A stretch of DNA of 64,000 nt. Origin: Scyliorhinus canicula (Eukaryota). The notes below the pieces were generated by a model. It saw only the letters and a list, made by a program, of their open reading frames with translations, was not told the origin of the DNA and did not search any database. This document shows positions 37,113 through 49,323 of this stretch, in pieces. The DNA lies in contig NC_052146.1 in assembly GCF_902713615.1 (NCBI RefSeq), positions 53,498,388-53,562,387 on the forward strand. The letters are read 5' to 3'. The translations under genes were made by a program, and so were the position numbers. Positions within the stretch are counted from its first letter, which is position 1, and the number at the start of each line of letters is the position of its first letter.

Positions 37113-37744
37113 GGCTGGGATTCTCCAAAAGCACGGCTAAGTGTTGATGCTGGCGTAAACACTGGAGTGTTTCATGCCGACGTCAACGGGCCTCTTGGCC
37201 CAGCGATTCTGTGGCCCACGGGGGGGCCAGCACAGTGCCGGAGTGCTCCGCACAGCTCCAGCCGGCAATACACAGTTCTGCACTGCTGACCGCGGGTCCG
37301 TTCATTCCGCTCCGGTGCTGTGCGATATGGTTGACCCACATAGCGGGCCAGCGCAGAAGAGGATACGACCCCACCCCAGGTTGCGCGCAACCGCTGATCG
37401 GTGGCCCTCGGTTGTGGGCCTGGCCGTCATGGAGGCCCCCCCGGAGACTGACCCCTCCCAACCAGGACGGCCACCGCGGCCATGACATTGAGCTCAGCCG
37501 GGTGGAACCATACGTGAACCACGTCGGCGGGAACTCAGCCAGTCGACCATGGAGAATCGCCGCAGGGAACTCTTTCAGCTGCCCCTGACCGGTGCCGCCT
37601 CAACCGGGCTCGCGTGACTGGTGCCAATTCTCCAGTCGCCAGAGGTTTGTGTCCTGGCATCAGACCCGATCGCGGGTCCGACACCGCATTCTCCGCCCCC
37701 ATGCCAAACGCGATTTCAGCACGGAAGCTCGGAGAATCCCGACC
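37113..37744. mobile_element. PIF/Harbinger-type MITE
   Basis: TIRs GGCTGGGATTCTCC / GGAGAATCCCGACC; perfect 3-bp TSD AAG. Confidence 0.9.
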
Positions 37745-37747
37745 AAG

Positions 37748-38660
37748 AATTACAGGAGTAGACTGCACAGCCAATCGAGTCTGTTCCGAACAATCATGGC
37801 TAACCTTGGCTGCAACTTCATTTTTCCTAGCCGCTCCACATATCCCTTAATTCCCCGGGAGACCAAAAGTTTGACTGTCCCCGCCTTAAATCTGTTCGAC
37901 GATGAATCATCCACAACCCTTTGTGGTAGAGAATTCTGAAGATTCACAACTCTTTGAGTGAAGAAATTTCTCCTCACCTCATTTCTATATTATTATCTCC
38001 TTCATTAATTAATGGGATGTGGCCGTCACTGGCTAGAGCAGCATTTATTGCCCATTCCTTATTGTACTTGAGAAGATGGTGGTGATCTGCCTGCTTGAAC
38101 CATTGCAGTCCATTTGGTGTAGGTACACCCACAGTGCTGTTAGGGAGGGAGTTCCAGGATTTTGACCCAACCACAGCGAAGGAACAGCGATATATTTGTA
38201 ATGGTGAATGGTGAATGGCTTGTTGGGGGGGGGGGGGGGTGTAGGGGACTTCCAGCTTGTGGGGTTCCCATGATTAACCCCCTAATCCTGAGACTGCTCC
38301 TGTGGTTTAGACTCCCTGCCAAGTGAAAACATATGAAGATACGAATGAGGAACAGGAGTAGGCCACTTGGCCCCTCGAGCCTGTTCAGCTATTCAATAAA
38401 ATCACAGCTGACTTAATTTTAACCTCAACTTCACATTCAACAATGTCTCAGTGTCTACCCTATCAACCCTCTTCAGAATATTGTAGGTTTCAATCAGATC
38501 GCCTCTCATTCTTCTGAACTCCAGAGAATATAACCCCAAATTACTTTGCCAGTCATCAAAGCAACTCCCCAATATGCCCGGGACCAATTTGGTGAACCTT
38601 CGATGACCGCCTCCAATGGGAGCATATCATTTCTTGAATGTGGAGACCAAAGCTTCACAA
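37748..38660 (-). mobile_element. Cluster of nested old CR1 3' fragments
   Basis: RRNFFTQRVVNL, GSKSWNSLPNSTVG, LGLYSLEFRRMRGDLIETY. Confidence 0.85.
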
Positions 38661-38989
38661 AACAAACATGGCTGTACACAAAGCTCCACTCACAATCATT
38701 CCTGCATATCACTGAATGGAGTTACATTGGATTTATTTATACAACCCAATATGGGAGGAGTTTTCCCATTTTTTTTCAATCTGTTAGTTTCAGCAACAAA
38801 AGCAGGGATAATCCCGCTGGTGCCGACGGGAACACTCACTGTTTATTCAGCCTTTTTTAACAGAATTTGGTTTTCCACGTGCGCTCGTGGTGGCTTGCTT
38901 CTGATTCGCTTGCCCAGGAAAACTTAACCCCTGCAACAAAAACACGTCCCCAGCACTTGATCCTAGTCCAATCTGGGAGGTGACTCTCC

Positions 38990-39231
38990 CAGGATGACAG
39001 CATCACATTTCATGGAGGGAGCCCTCATCAAGTCTGTGGATGGTGTCGAGCAGAGGCATGAGATCCTGTATCCATGATCAGCCAGATGTCCAGCAAGCAA
39101 GGTCACCAGCCCCACCTGGGATACTGTGATACTGGGATACTATCGTAGCGATAGTGGGTGCCAGCTCGCTCTGTAAGAGGATGGGGCTACAGTGCCGAAA
39201 GAAGACAGATGACCTCCTTCGTGTAGCCAGG
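38990..39231 (+). pseudogene. Harbinger Myb/SANT-like gene exon 1 remnant
   Basis: VDGVEQRHEILYP..WD.I..CKRMGLQCRKKTDDLLRVAR followed by donor GTAAGT at 39232. Confidence 0.8.
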
Positions 39232-40597
39232 GTAAGTCTGGCTCCTCGTGTCATCCGCTGCACCCATTAAAACACTCATAATACCTCCACGGTAATCTCT
39301 CTCCCAGCTACTTCAAAGGTTCCCAACACTTGTCATGGAACCCACTCCACAGTCCCCTTGAGTAGATAATCTGCTTCTCACATCCCTGTTCCCACTCACC
39401 TCCAAGGCAGGCTAGACTTCCTTACCCTCTGACCTCGTAGTACTCCCTTCTATACTCTCCCCACCTGTCTCATTGAAGGACAAACATGAGCACAGCCTGT
39501 TGGTGTCATGTCTGAGCTGAGAACCCTAACGCCATTGGCGAGAGAGCCTTTGAACTGCCCTGTGCAGTGTGAGACTGGCAGCGCTATGTCTCTCCCACCT
39601 TCCACATTGGCGAAGCAGTAATGCTGTGCCGCACCTGGCACGAGCCCCCCAGTACTGCCCACTCCCCCAAATCTCTATCCATCAAAGCTTAGCCATTGTA
39701 GAGTGTCTCTACCTCATCAGTAGGTGGATAAAAACAATGGAACCCCTCACCTCAGAGGAGCAGTAACAGCTGAGGTGTGTCATTCAGCCTTTCTGGGGCC
39801 TAGGATAAGTCCGTTCATTGGCAGGACACATTCAGCTTTCTGTCAGGCAGGAGTCAACATATCGCTCAGGGTGAGAGAAACTTCACTCTGACCTCACTGC
39901 AAATCATCATCATTCTCCTTCAGCTTATAGCCAATTGCTTTAGTGCCCTGCTCATGAACATAGCCACCATCACGATGACCTCCCACAGGCACCCCAGTAG
40001 TGAGTGGATATAAGATCGTATTGTGGGAGAGGTCTTCATACCCTGGTCCTGTTCGTTCCCAAACCGAGAAGCAACAAAGGTGTCCCTAGCTCTGCATACC
40101 ATGTGGGCCCTGGCCATCGTCCAAGGTCCTTCCGCTGCATTCTCTGCATGTTGCCCCTTGCCTCCTCCTTGACCACCTCATTCAAGAAGATTTAACGCTT
40201 CTCCATCTCCCACTGGTCCAGCTGCTCTCCTCACTGCAGTACCAGATTGAGCAGAGTGCAGTAGACCACAATGATGTGGGACATCCTCTGGGAGCTGTAT
40301 TGGAGGACTACCCCAACTGGTCGAGGCACTGGAACTGCGTCTTGAGCAGTCCACTTACCTACTCAACCAGCGCAAGCGCTGATGCATCAGCTACGTTATA
40401 GCGAGTCTCAGCTAGTGTTTGCAGCCTCAGGACTGGCATCATCAGCCACCCCCTGACTGCGTACACTTTTTCCCCAAGGAGCCATCCCAACAGGTGCTTC
40501 TGTCCCTCAAAAATGGCTGGGATCTGTGAGCACCCCAAGATGTAACTATCATGGATACTTCTTGAGAAAGTGGCATACACCTGCATAAGGTATATTG

Positions 40598-41319
40598 CAG
40601 GGGTGGGCAAACTACGGCCCGCGGGCCGCATGCGGCCCGACAAAGGTTTTTATGCGGCCCGCCAATGAGGTGCCCAGAATCATAACCGGCATTTTTGAAA
40701 AGCCGCCGGGGAAAAGCCACTGAAGTAAATGCGCTTATTGAATAAGCGCATTTACTTCAGCGGCTTTTCCCCGGCGGCTTTTCAAAAATGCCGGTTATGA
40801 TTCCGGGCACCTCATTGGCGGGCCGCATAAAAACGCGCGTAGTGGGGTGGATGAGTGGGGCTGTCTCATTGGTCGGTTTAGTTGGGTGTGCGACCAATAG
40901 GAGTCCAGGTTACAAACAATAAGCCTTATTATTGTTTGTAACCTGGACTCCTATTGGTCGCACACCCAACTAAACCGACCAATAAGGCAGCCCCACTCAT
41001 CCACCCCACTACGCGCGTTTTTATCGTTGACTCGGCTAGGCTGTGCTTCTGTCAGTGTTAAGGATCAGCACAAGCAACTTGACACCTGATTTCAACAAAC
41101 TGGTAAATGACTGCAGTCAGATGCATCATTCTCATTGACATTGTTCTGTTACTTACTGAATTACTTTGTTTTTCAAATAAATGTGCTTTTTTTTTTCTTT
41201 AAAGACCTTTTATTTTGGCTATTTAAAATATTAATTATTTTACTTAATATACTATGCGGCCCTTTAAAATTGTGAATTTCTGAATGTGGCCCTTGCACGG
41301 AAAAGTTTGCCAACCCCTG
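40598..41319. mobile_element. hAT (Charlie/Buster-type) MITE containing two long palindromes
   Basis: TIRs CAGGGGTGGGCAAACT / AGTTTGCCAACCCCTG; perfect 8-bp TSD GTATATTG with central TA; subterminal GCGGCCC motifs. Confidence 0.95.
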
Positions 41320-41503
41320 GTATATTGTGTGGTGTCACATGATCTGGACATTGAAGGAGTAGTATCCCTTTTGGTTCATGAATGGCGTACCATGCTGCCA
41401 TGGGAAGCGCAGAGCCACGTGGGTGCAATCGATGACGCACTGTACTGGGCATACCTGCTATGTGGGCAAAGCCCATGGCCCTGGCCTCCTGGGACACCTG
41501 CTC

Positions 41504-44500
41504 CATAAGACCATAAGACATAGGAGCAGAATTAGGCCACTCGGCCCATCGAGTCTGCTCCGCCATTCACTCATGGCTGATATTTTCTCATTAGTCAAGA
41601 ACCTATCTTTCTCTGTCTCTGTCTTAAAGACACTCAGTGATTTGGCCTCCACAATCTTCTGCGGCAAAGAGTTCCACAGATTCACCACCCTCTGGCTGAA
41701 GAAATCCCTCCTCATCCCAGTTTTAAAGGATAGTCCCTTTAGTCTGTTTAGTTTTTCCCACAAGTGGAAACATTCTCTCCACGTCCACTCTATCCAGGGC
41801 TTGCAGTATCCTGTAAGTTTCAATAAGATCCCCCTTCATCCTTCTAAACTCCTAAGGGTGCAAATGCGGAGTCCTCAACCGTTCCTCATACGACAAGTTC
41901 TTCATTCCAGGGATCATGCTTGTGAACCTCCTCTGAACCCTTTCCAAGGCCAGCACATCCTTCCTTAGCTACACGGCTCAAAACTGCTCAAATACTCCAA
42001 ATAGGGTCTGACCAGAGCCTCAGAAGTACATCCCTGGTCTTGTATTCTAGCCCTCTTGACATGAATGCTAACATTGCATTTTCCTTATTAACTGCTGATT
42101 GAACCTGCACATTAACCTTAAGAGAATCATGAACAAGGACTCTCAAGTCCTTTTGTGCTTCTGATTTCCTAAGCATTTCCCCATTTAGAAAATAGTCCAT
42201 GCATAAATTCCGCCTTCCAAAGTGCAAAACCTCACACTTTTCCACATTGTATATAATTTGCCACTTCACGGCCCACTCTCCTAGCTTGTCCAAGTCCCTC
42301 TGCAGCTCCCTTGCTTCCTCAATACTACCTGTCCCTCTCCACAGATCTTTGTATCATCTGCAAACTTAGCAACAGTGCCTTCAGTTCTTCCTTCCAGATC
42401 ATGAATGTATATTGTGAAAAGTTGTGATCCCAGCACAAACACCTGAGGCTCACAACTAGTCACCAGCTCCCATCCTGAAAAAGACCCCTTTTCTGCCCAC
42501 TCTCTGCCTTCTGCCAATAAGCCAATCCTCTATCCATGCCAGGATTTTACCCTTAACACCATGGGCTCTTAACTTATTTAACAGTCTCTATGGCGGCATC
42601 TTGTCAAAGGCTTTCTGGAAATCTAAATAAATCACATCCACTGGTTCTCCTTTGTCTAACTTCTTTGTTACCTCCTCAAAGAACTCTAACAGATTTGTCA
42701 GTCACGATCTCCCTTTGATAAAGCTGTGCTGACCCAGTCCGATTTTAGCATGCACTTCCAAGTACTTTGCAATCTTATCTTTAATAACAAACTTTAAAAT
42801 CTTACCAATGACCAAAGCCAGGCTAACTGGCCTATAATTTCCCGTCTTCTGCCTCCCTCCCTTCTTAAACAGTGGTGTTACATTAGCCACTTTCCAGTCC
42901 TCTGGGACCCTTCCTTCCTCCAGTGATTCTTGAAAGATCACCACCAAAGCCTCCACAATCTCCTCAGTAACTCTTTTAGGACCCTGGGGTGTAGTGCATC
43001 CGGTCCAGGTGACTTATCTACCTTCAGACCTACCTCTGCCCCCTGATTCTCCTGGAGCTCTGGCATCCCACTGGTGTCTTCCACCATGAAGACTGATGCA
43101 AAATAACCATTCAGTTCGTCTGCCATTTCTTTGTTTCCTATTATTACTTCTCCAGCCACGCTTTCCAGTGGTCCAATGTCTATTTTGCCTCTCTTACCTT
43201 TTGTATATTGAAAGAAACTCTTCCTATCTTCTTTTATATTACTAGCTAACTTGCACTCATATTTCATCTTCTCTCCCCTTATTGCTTTTTTCGTTGTCCT
43301 CTGCTCATTTTGAAATGATTTCCAATCCTCTGGCTTCCCACTACTCCTTGCCACTTTGTATGCTTTTCCTTTTGCTTTTATGGTGTCCTTGAGGTCCCTC
43401 GTCAACCATGCCTTGTCCTGCCCTTAACATGTTTCCTCCTCCTTCGGATGAATTTCTGCTGTACCTCCCTAATACCTCCCCAAAACTCCTGCCATTGCTG
43501 TTCCACTGTCTTCCCTGCTAGGCTCCTTTTCCAATCAACTCTGGCCAGCTCCTTCCTCATGTCTTTGTAGTTACCCTTTTTAATTGTAATCCATTACATA
43601 TGATTGTTGCTTCTCCTTCTCAGATTACAGGCTAAATTCTATCATATTCTGGTCACTGCTCCCTAAGGGTTCCTTCACCTTACGTTCCCTAATCAAGTCT
43701 GCCTCATTACACATCACCAAATCAAGAATTCCCTCGTGGGCTCTACCACATGCTGCTCCAAAAAAACATCTCTTAAACATTCCACAAATTCCTTTTCTTG
43801 GGATCCAAAACCCAACCTGATTTTCCCAGTCCCCCCCATTATCTCCTGATTTATTTTTTGCCCCACATCCTGCCTACTGCTAGGGGGCCTGTACATAACT
43901 CCCATCAGGGTCTTTTTACCTTTGCAATTCCTCAACTCTACCCACAGAGATTCTATGCCTTCTGATCCTATATCGCTCCTTGCTATTGATTTAACGTCAT
44001 TCCTTACTAACAATGCAATCCCGCCCCCTTTGCCCATCTGCCTGTCCTTTCGATAGGACACATATCCTTGTATATTTAGATCCCAGCCCTGATCCCCTTG
44101 CAGCCACGTCTCTGTGATGCCCACAACATTGTATCGGCCAATTTCAATGTGCGCAGCAAGCTCATTTACCTTATTCCGTACACTGCATGCATTAAGGTAC
44201 AATACCCTCAGTCCTGCATTGCCCACCTCCCTTCTCACACTTGTCACCTTTTTTGCTCTGCCTGAGGGTGATGTTCTATTATTTTTGTTCTCTATTTCCC
44301 CTTCAGTCATGACACCTTCTAAACTAATGCTCTGGTTCCCACCCCCCTGCTACATTAATTTAAATCCTCCCGAGTGACACTCGCAAACCTCCCAACCAGG
44401 ATATTGGTGCCCCTCGAGTTTAGATGTAACCTGCCCTTCTTGTACAGGTCGCACCTGCCGGGGAAGAGACCCAATGGTCCAGAAATTTGAAACTCTCCCT

Positions 44501-45688
44501 CCTACACCGCTAGTTTAGCCACATGTTTCGCCGCAGTATCCTCCTATTTCTAGCCTCACTGGCACGTGGTACAGGGAGTAATCCTGAGATTACAATCCTA
44601 GAGGTCCTGCTTCTTAGCTTACTGCCGAACTCCCTGAACTCCTTCTGCAGGACCTCATCACTCTTCCTGCCTATGTCATTAGTACCTATGTGTACTACCA
44701 CCTCTGGCTGCTCACCCTTCCCCTTCAGGATGTCCTGTGTTCGTTCAGAGACATTCTTGACCCTGGCACCAGGGAGGCAACACACCATTCTGGAGTCCCT
44801 TTCACGTCCACAGAAGCGTATATCTGCGCCCCTTACTATAGAGTCCCCTATAACTATCGCTTTCCTGCACTTTGCCCTCCTCCGCTGAGCAACAGAGTCA
44901 CTTGTGGTGCCACTGTTCTGGCTGCTGTTGTTTTCCACTGATAGGCTATCCCCCCAACAGTATCCAAAAAGATATACCTGTTAGAAGGGGGACAGCCACA
45001 GAGGATTCCTGCACTGACTGCCTGCCCTTTCTACCGGTCACCCATCTGTCTGCCTGCACCTTGGGTGTGACCACATCTCTATAATTCCTATCTATGATGC
45101 TTTCCGCCACCTGCAAACTCCTAAATGCATCCAACAGCTGCTCCAACCGAGCCACGCGGTCTGTGAGGAGCTGCAATTAGTTAAACTTGCTGCAGATGTA
45201 ATCGACCGGAACGCGGGAAGCGTCACAGATCTGCCACATCTCACAGTTGGAGCACTGCACCCCGCTTGAGTGACATTTAAACACTCGTTAATTAATAAAT
45301 AAACACATGAATTATTGTTAGATTGAGTTACTAATTAACTATATGGCCCTGACGCTAGATTTTTACAGTAAAATGAAATGCTAAATATTAATTTCTACCC
45401 TCAGGTTTAGTTACTCCTCTACCTAGTTTATAACTTTCAATTAGTTATTTTTTCAATGTCATTTTTTTTTTCAAATTTAACAGATCCCCAACCAGCCAAT
45501 AAGGTCAAAGCTTTACTGAGATGTCACCTCAGTTTTGCCCCCCCCATTTGAAAAGGTATTAAAATCACTTACCAATCCAAGATGCTCTCTGGATCTCTCC
45601 CTGCAGATAACAGTTACAAGCCAGAAGAAAGGAAATAGAACGGTAGGGAAAAAGCACCTCTTCACATTCTGCACCAAATCACCTCACT
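41504..45688 (-). mobile_element. Full-length older CR1 LINE (degraded ORF1 ~44350-45276, ORF2 ~41600-44330)
   Basis: IGDSIVRG, HIGTND, YLNACSV..ITETW, EDWKVANVTPLFKKG, KFADDTK; tail (TCTTATG)n. Confidence 0.95.
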
Positions 45689-45830
45689 GTCCCAGTCCAA
45701 GTTGATGTGCATGTGGGCCATCTCAAACAGCGCATCTGTGACCTCTCTTTTGTGCATAAGATGGAGATGCCACACAGGTCACCTGTGCTACCCTGGAATG
45801 AGCCACAGGCATAGAAGTACAGAACAATAG

Positions 45831-46063
45831 TTTAATAATCGTTATTGTCACAAGTAGGCTTACATTGCAATGAAGTTACTGTGAAAAGCCCCTAGTCTGT
45901 TCAGGTACACGGGGAGAATTCAGAATGTCCAACTTACTGAACAGCACATCTTTCGGATCTGGTGGGAGGAAACCGGAGCACCCGGATGAAACCCACGCAG
46001 ACACTGGGAGAACATGCAGACTCTGCACAGTCACCCAGCCGGGAATTGAACCTGGGACCCTGG
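45831..46063 (-). mobile_element. V-SINE with the alternative CTTTTCACAGTAACTTCAT tail, 5' truncated
   Basis: B-box and V-core joined to the tail found on the 13847 and 63591 SINEs. Confidence 0.85.
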
Positions 46064-47059
46064 TCTGTCCCATGGCAGTGCCTTTCAGGGTCACAGACAA
46101 CGTGTGGCCTTCCAGTTCATGTGGTGCCAATTCTTGCATCACCTGTCACAAGTGATCCATCATCCCCGGGACAGAAGCAGTCTTCTCTGACACTGGACCT
46201 CGACTGAAAGTAGGAAGTGTAGCACTAGAATATCCTTGGCGGTAATGTCTCCTCCGAGACTCTGCCATCTGTGGCCCTGCTTCTGGAAGAGCAGTGGGTG
46301 GTGCCTCCCCCTCCTCGGCAGGGGACTGGACCTGGCCGCGTGCAGTGGCACATCGATGTCACTGCTGCTTGATTGCAGTCAAAAAAATTGCCAGCTCGAC
46401 TGGCTCCATGATTCCCCTGAATCAAAAGCTGAAAGAAAGAGGGCATCAAAGTGAGTGATGATGAGCCTTGACAGTGCCCTGACACACAGCTCTATCAGGA
46501 TCTGGGCCATGTTACTCCCCCAAAGGTGAGGAGTGAGGTCAGTTGAGTGCATTCAATGGACCTGCATTTTTCCAGGGGAACGAGATGCTGCCACCTGCCA
46601 CCTCTTGAACCTGTGAGTGACTTCACCATGATGTCTTGCATTGCGGGGGGGTCACAGCTGTGTCGCCTCTCTGTTATGGGGTTCAATGCTTGGGGGCGAG
46701 GATTCCAGCTTCTTGCTCCTCACTTTGTTGCAGGTTGCAGGGGTTGTTAAAGCAGGCAGCCTCAAACTCAGTCCCCTTGCCTCACCTCCAGTCCTGCCTC
46801 CATTTCTCTAGATCCCTGCCGTATTCTCCTCATTGATGGAAATTGCCCAGGTCAAAAGAAAAAGGACATGTATTCCTTACCCAGTGGTGATTTAGGTGAA
46901 GGTAGTGACAGCCTGTTCCTGCCCAGACACCCCAGGCAAAAGACAGTCCAGTCGAAGCAGCAACTCCAAACAGCAACAGAAACAACAGTTGTAGAGACAT
47001 CAGTTACAGCAGTCAAATCTGGTTGGGACTGAACTATTTTGTGTAAAACCATTTCAACT

Positions 47060-47245
47060 CAATTAAAAAAACTGAGGGACAAAGTAAGTGGGGCAGCCCA
47101 TTAAAGCGATACTGCCTTTAACAAAAACAAAGCACAAATGAAAATTAAAACATCAAACTAAAATGTGATTGAAAAAGTCAGTGAGGCACCCCAGTCCCTG
47201 TGGAGACTAGCGGGCACAGAGGCCTTGGTGGAGCCAGTGGAGGGG
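47060..47245 (-). mobile_element. Tx1-like LINE 3'-end fragment
   Basis: Minus strand STGSTKA...PQGLGCL.D..NHILV* followed by a T-rich 3' UTR. Confidence 0.5.
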
Positions 47246-49323
47246 TTAGATTCTAAAGTGTTAACAATTGGGGGCCATTCAGTGCCACACTCATGCATTA
47301 CAATGCTGACTAAATTGGCACAATTGTCACGGAACGGTCAAGGAAGCTGATTAAGCAACTGGCTTCCTCTGGTGGCAGGCAAAGCACACCTGGTGCATGT
47401 GAAAGCTGCAATTAGCATGCCACCTTCATCCATAGAGGGCACCATCATTCCGTCAGCTCCCATTGGCTGCAGGCTAAACAAGCCTTCCAACTTGAACAAC
47501 CAGTCACCCAGACACTAATGCCTGACAGCCTGGCCTCTATAACCAGTGGCCTTGAAATTTCACATATCTCATGCCTTATGGCTTCAAAGTGCCTCTTGTG
47601 TGAGGAAGTTCATTCTAACATACGTGTTCTCCCACCTTTTTATGAAGGTCTTCAGCCCTCATGAAAACACCCAGGGTGGGATTCTCTGGTCTGCCAACCG
47701 CATTTTCCATTGCAGCCAGGTGCGCCCCCGCCAGCAGCGGGAAACTCCCTTTCCACAACCAGCCAATGGGATTCCCTATTACCCCATGTCGTCGGGAAAC
47801 CTGTGGGCATGGGTGCGCTGTCGGCGCACTGGAGGATCCTGCTGACGGAGAACTTTGCTGCCTTCTTTAGAATCCCTGACTCTGCCCATGCAGCCTGACA
47901 TCTCACGGGACCGCAACCAGAGATCTCAAGGTCACCCCTGCACTAACCCTGTGGACTCACCTGTTTCTGCCCACTTCCCAGCTATCACTCTCGAAGATTA
48001 ATCCCTCAGTGGTGACATTGCCACAAGCCCAGCAAGGAGGACACAGGAAGTAATGCCTGTAAACCAGCTGCCAGACATCTTTAAACCTAGAACCATGAAG
48101 GGCCGTTAAGGCCTCCGAGCAACCTCACCCCCCCAGATGCCAAGACTGAACCCATCCCCCCAAGCCCTGATCTGGGTCTCCCTCATCTCCCTCTGCAATT
48201 GGCACCCTGGATGGTGATGGCTACTTGAGCGCTGACCTCCGATACCCCTTCAGGGCTGAAGTCAGGTCCTCGTATTTATACAGCTGTTGTAAATCGTGCT
48301 GGCACGCGATGAATATTCAGTGACGGGGAAGCATGTAATAAGCTGCTTTTCTACTTAAATGAAGTTCCGAATTTCTGTGGCGGGTGCACCACGAGCGAGG
48401 GGCCTGGAAAATTGGAAAACATGTACTCACTGGGGAGAATTGCGTTTCCCAATTCTCGTTGTACTTTGTGCCAGCTTTGCTGTTCTCGCTGGCGACTAAC
48501 CTGGGCTGAAAATCGTTCCCAGTCTGTTTATCCTGACTCGCTTTATTTAATTATGTTTCCTTCATCTTGTAATCATATATACTACTTCAGTACCAATATG
48601 TATTGCTTTCTATTTTTTTATATTAAATTCCTTGTGCAATTCAATTGTTTTGCGACCATCTGAGTTAATTGTTGAATGTTGCAGAACAGCAAGTGATGAG
48701 TTCCATTCTAAAGTAGATAAAATGCCAGAAGAGTAAGATTTTAGAATCTGTGCTAAAGAGGAGTAAAACCTACACTGCAGCTCTTATAGCACACAAGAGA
48801 ATAATGTTGGCCCAAGATTTCAGTCCAGGCAAATTTCTCTGGATTTGGGGGTAGGAAAATGAAGTGGAACCTGGTACCACTGGGATTCTTCCCCCTTTAT
48901 TTCAGGTTTCTATCTGCCAGTTTGGGCAGATCTTCTATTTGTACCCTTCTCCACCTCCTGGAGGTGTCTCAGAGGATTTCTGGCACTAGTCCAGGAATTC
49001 AGCCCTTCCAGCCCTTAAACGAATATGGTGGATTAGAACTGAAGTGAATCACCATGACACCTCTCGAAACACTTGTCAAATCTTACCTCTGAGATCAATT
49101 ATGCCTTGTGGAAAAATGGCTCCTTTTGTTCCTGAAGACTGCTCTGTTCTTTTATTCTCACCCGGAAGCACTTGCTAGCACCGCAAGTAGAGGTCACAAA
49201 GGCATGATTGCTGTGGGAACCATTGAAGAGATCCTGCTGGAAGCAGTGACCCATGACAATGATCCTATCCCACTACTTATAGAAATTTGGCAACCACTTA
49301 GGGAGGCAGTCATGGGCTCTGTT

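Larger units (their letters stand above)
40050..46330 (-). pseudogene. Harbinger DDE transposase (HARBI1-like), split by three insertions
   Basis: Minus-strand pieces VQCQRRLLLSR, GHTLSVTLK, FYACGSFQGSTGDLCGIS, EARAMGFAHIAGMP, SIHDSYIL, GWLLGEK.Y.VRGWLMMP, AETRYN, LLKTQFQCLD. Confidence 0.85.
38753..48520. mobile_element. Second degraded two-gene PIF/Harbinger transposon, host to nested hAT MITE, CR1, SINE and Tx1 fragment
   Basis: Degenerate TIRs GGGAGGAGTTTTC / GAAAATCGTTCCC, with subterminal inverted match CGCTCGTGGTG (~38882) / CACCACGAGCG (~48387). Myb gene on plus, transposase on minus. No clear TSD. Confidence 0.65.
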
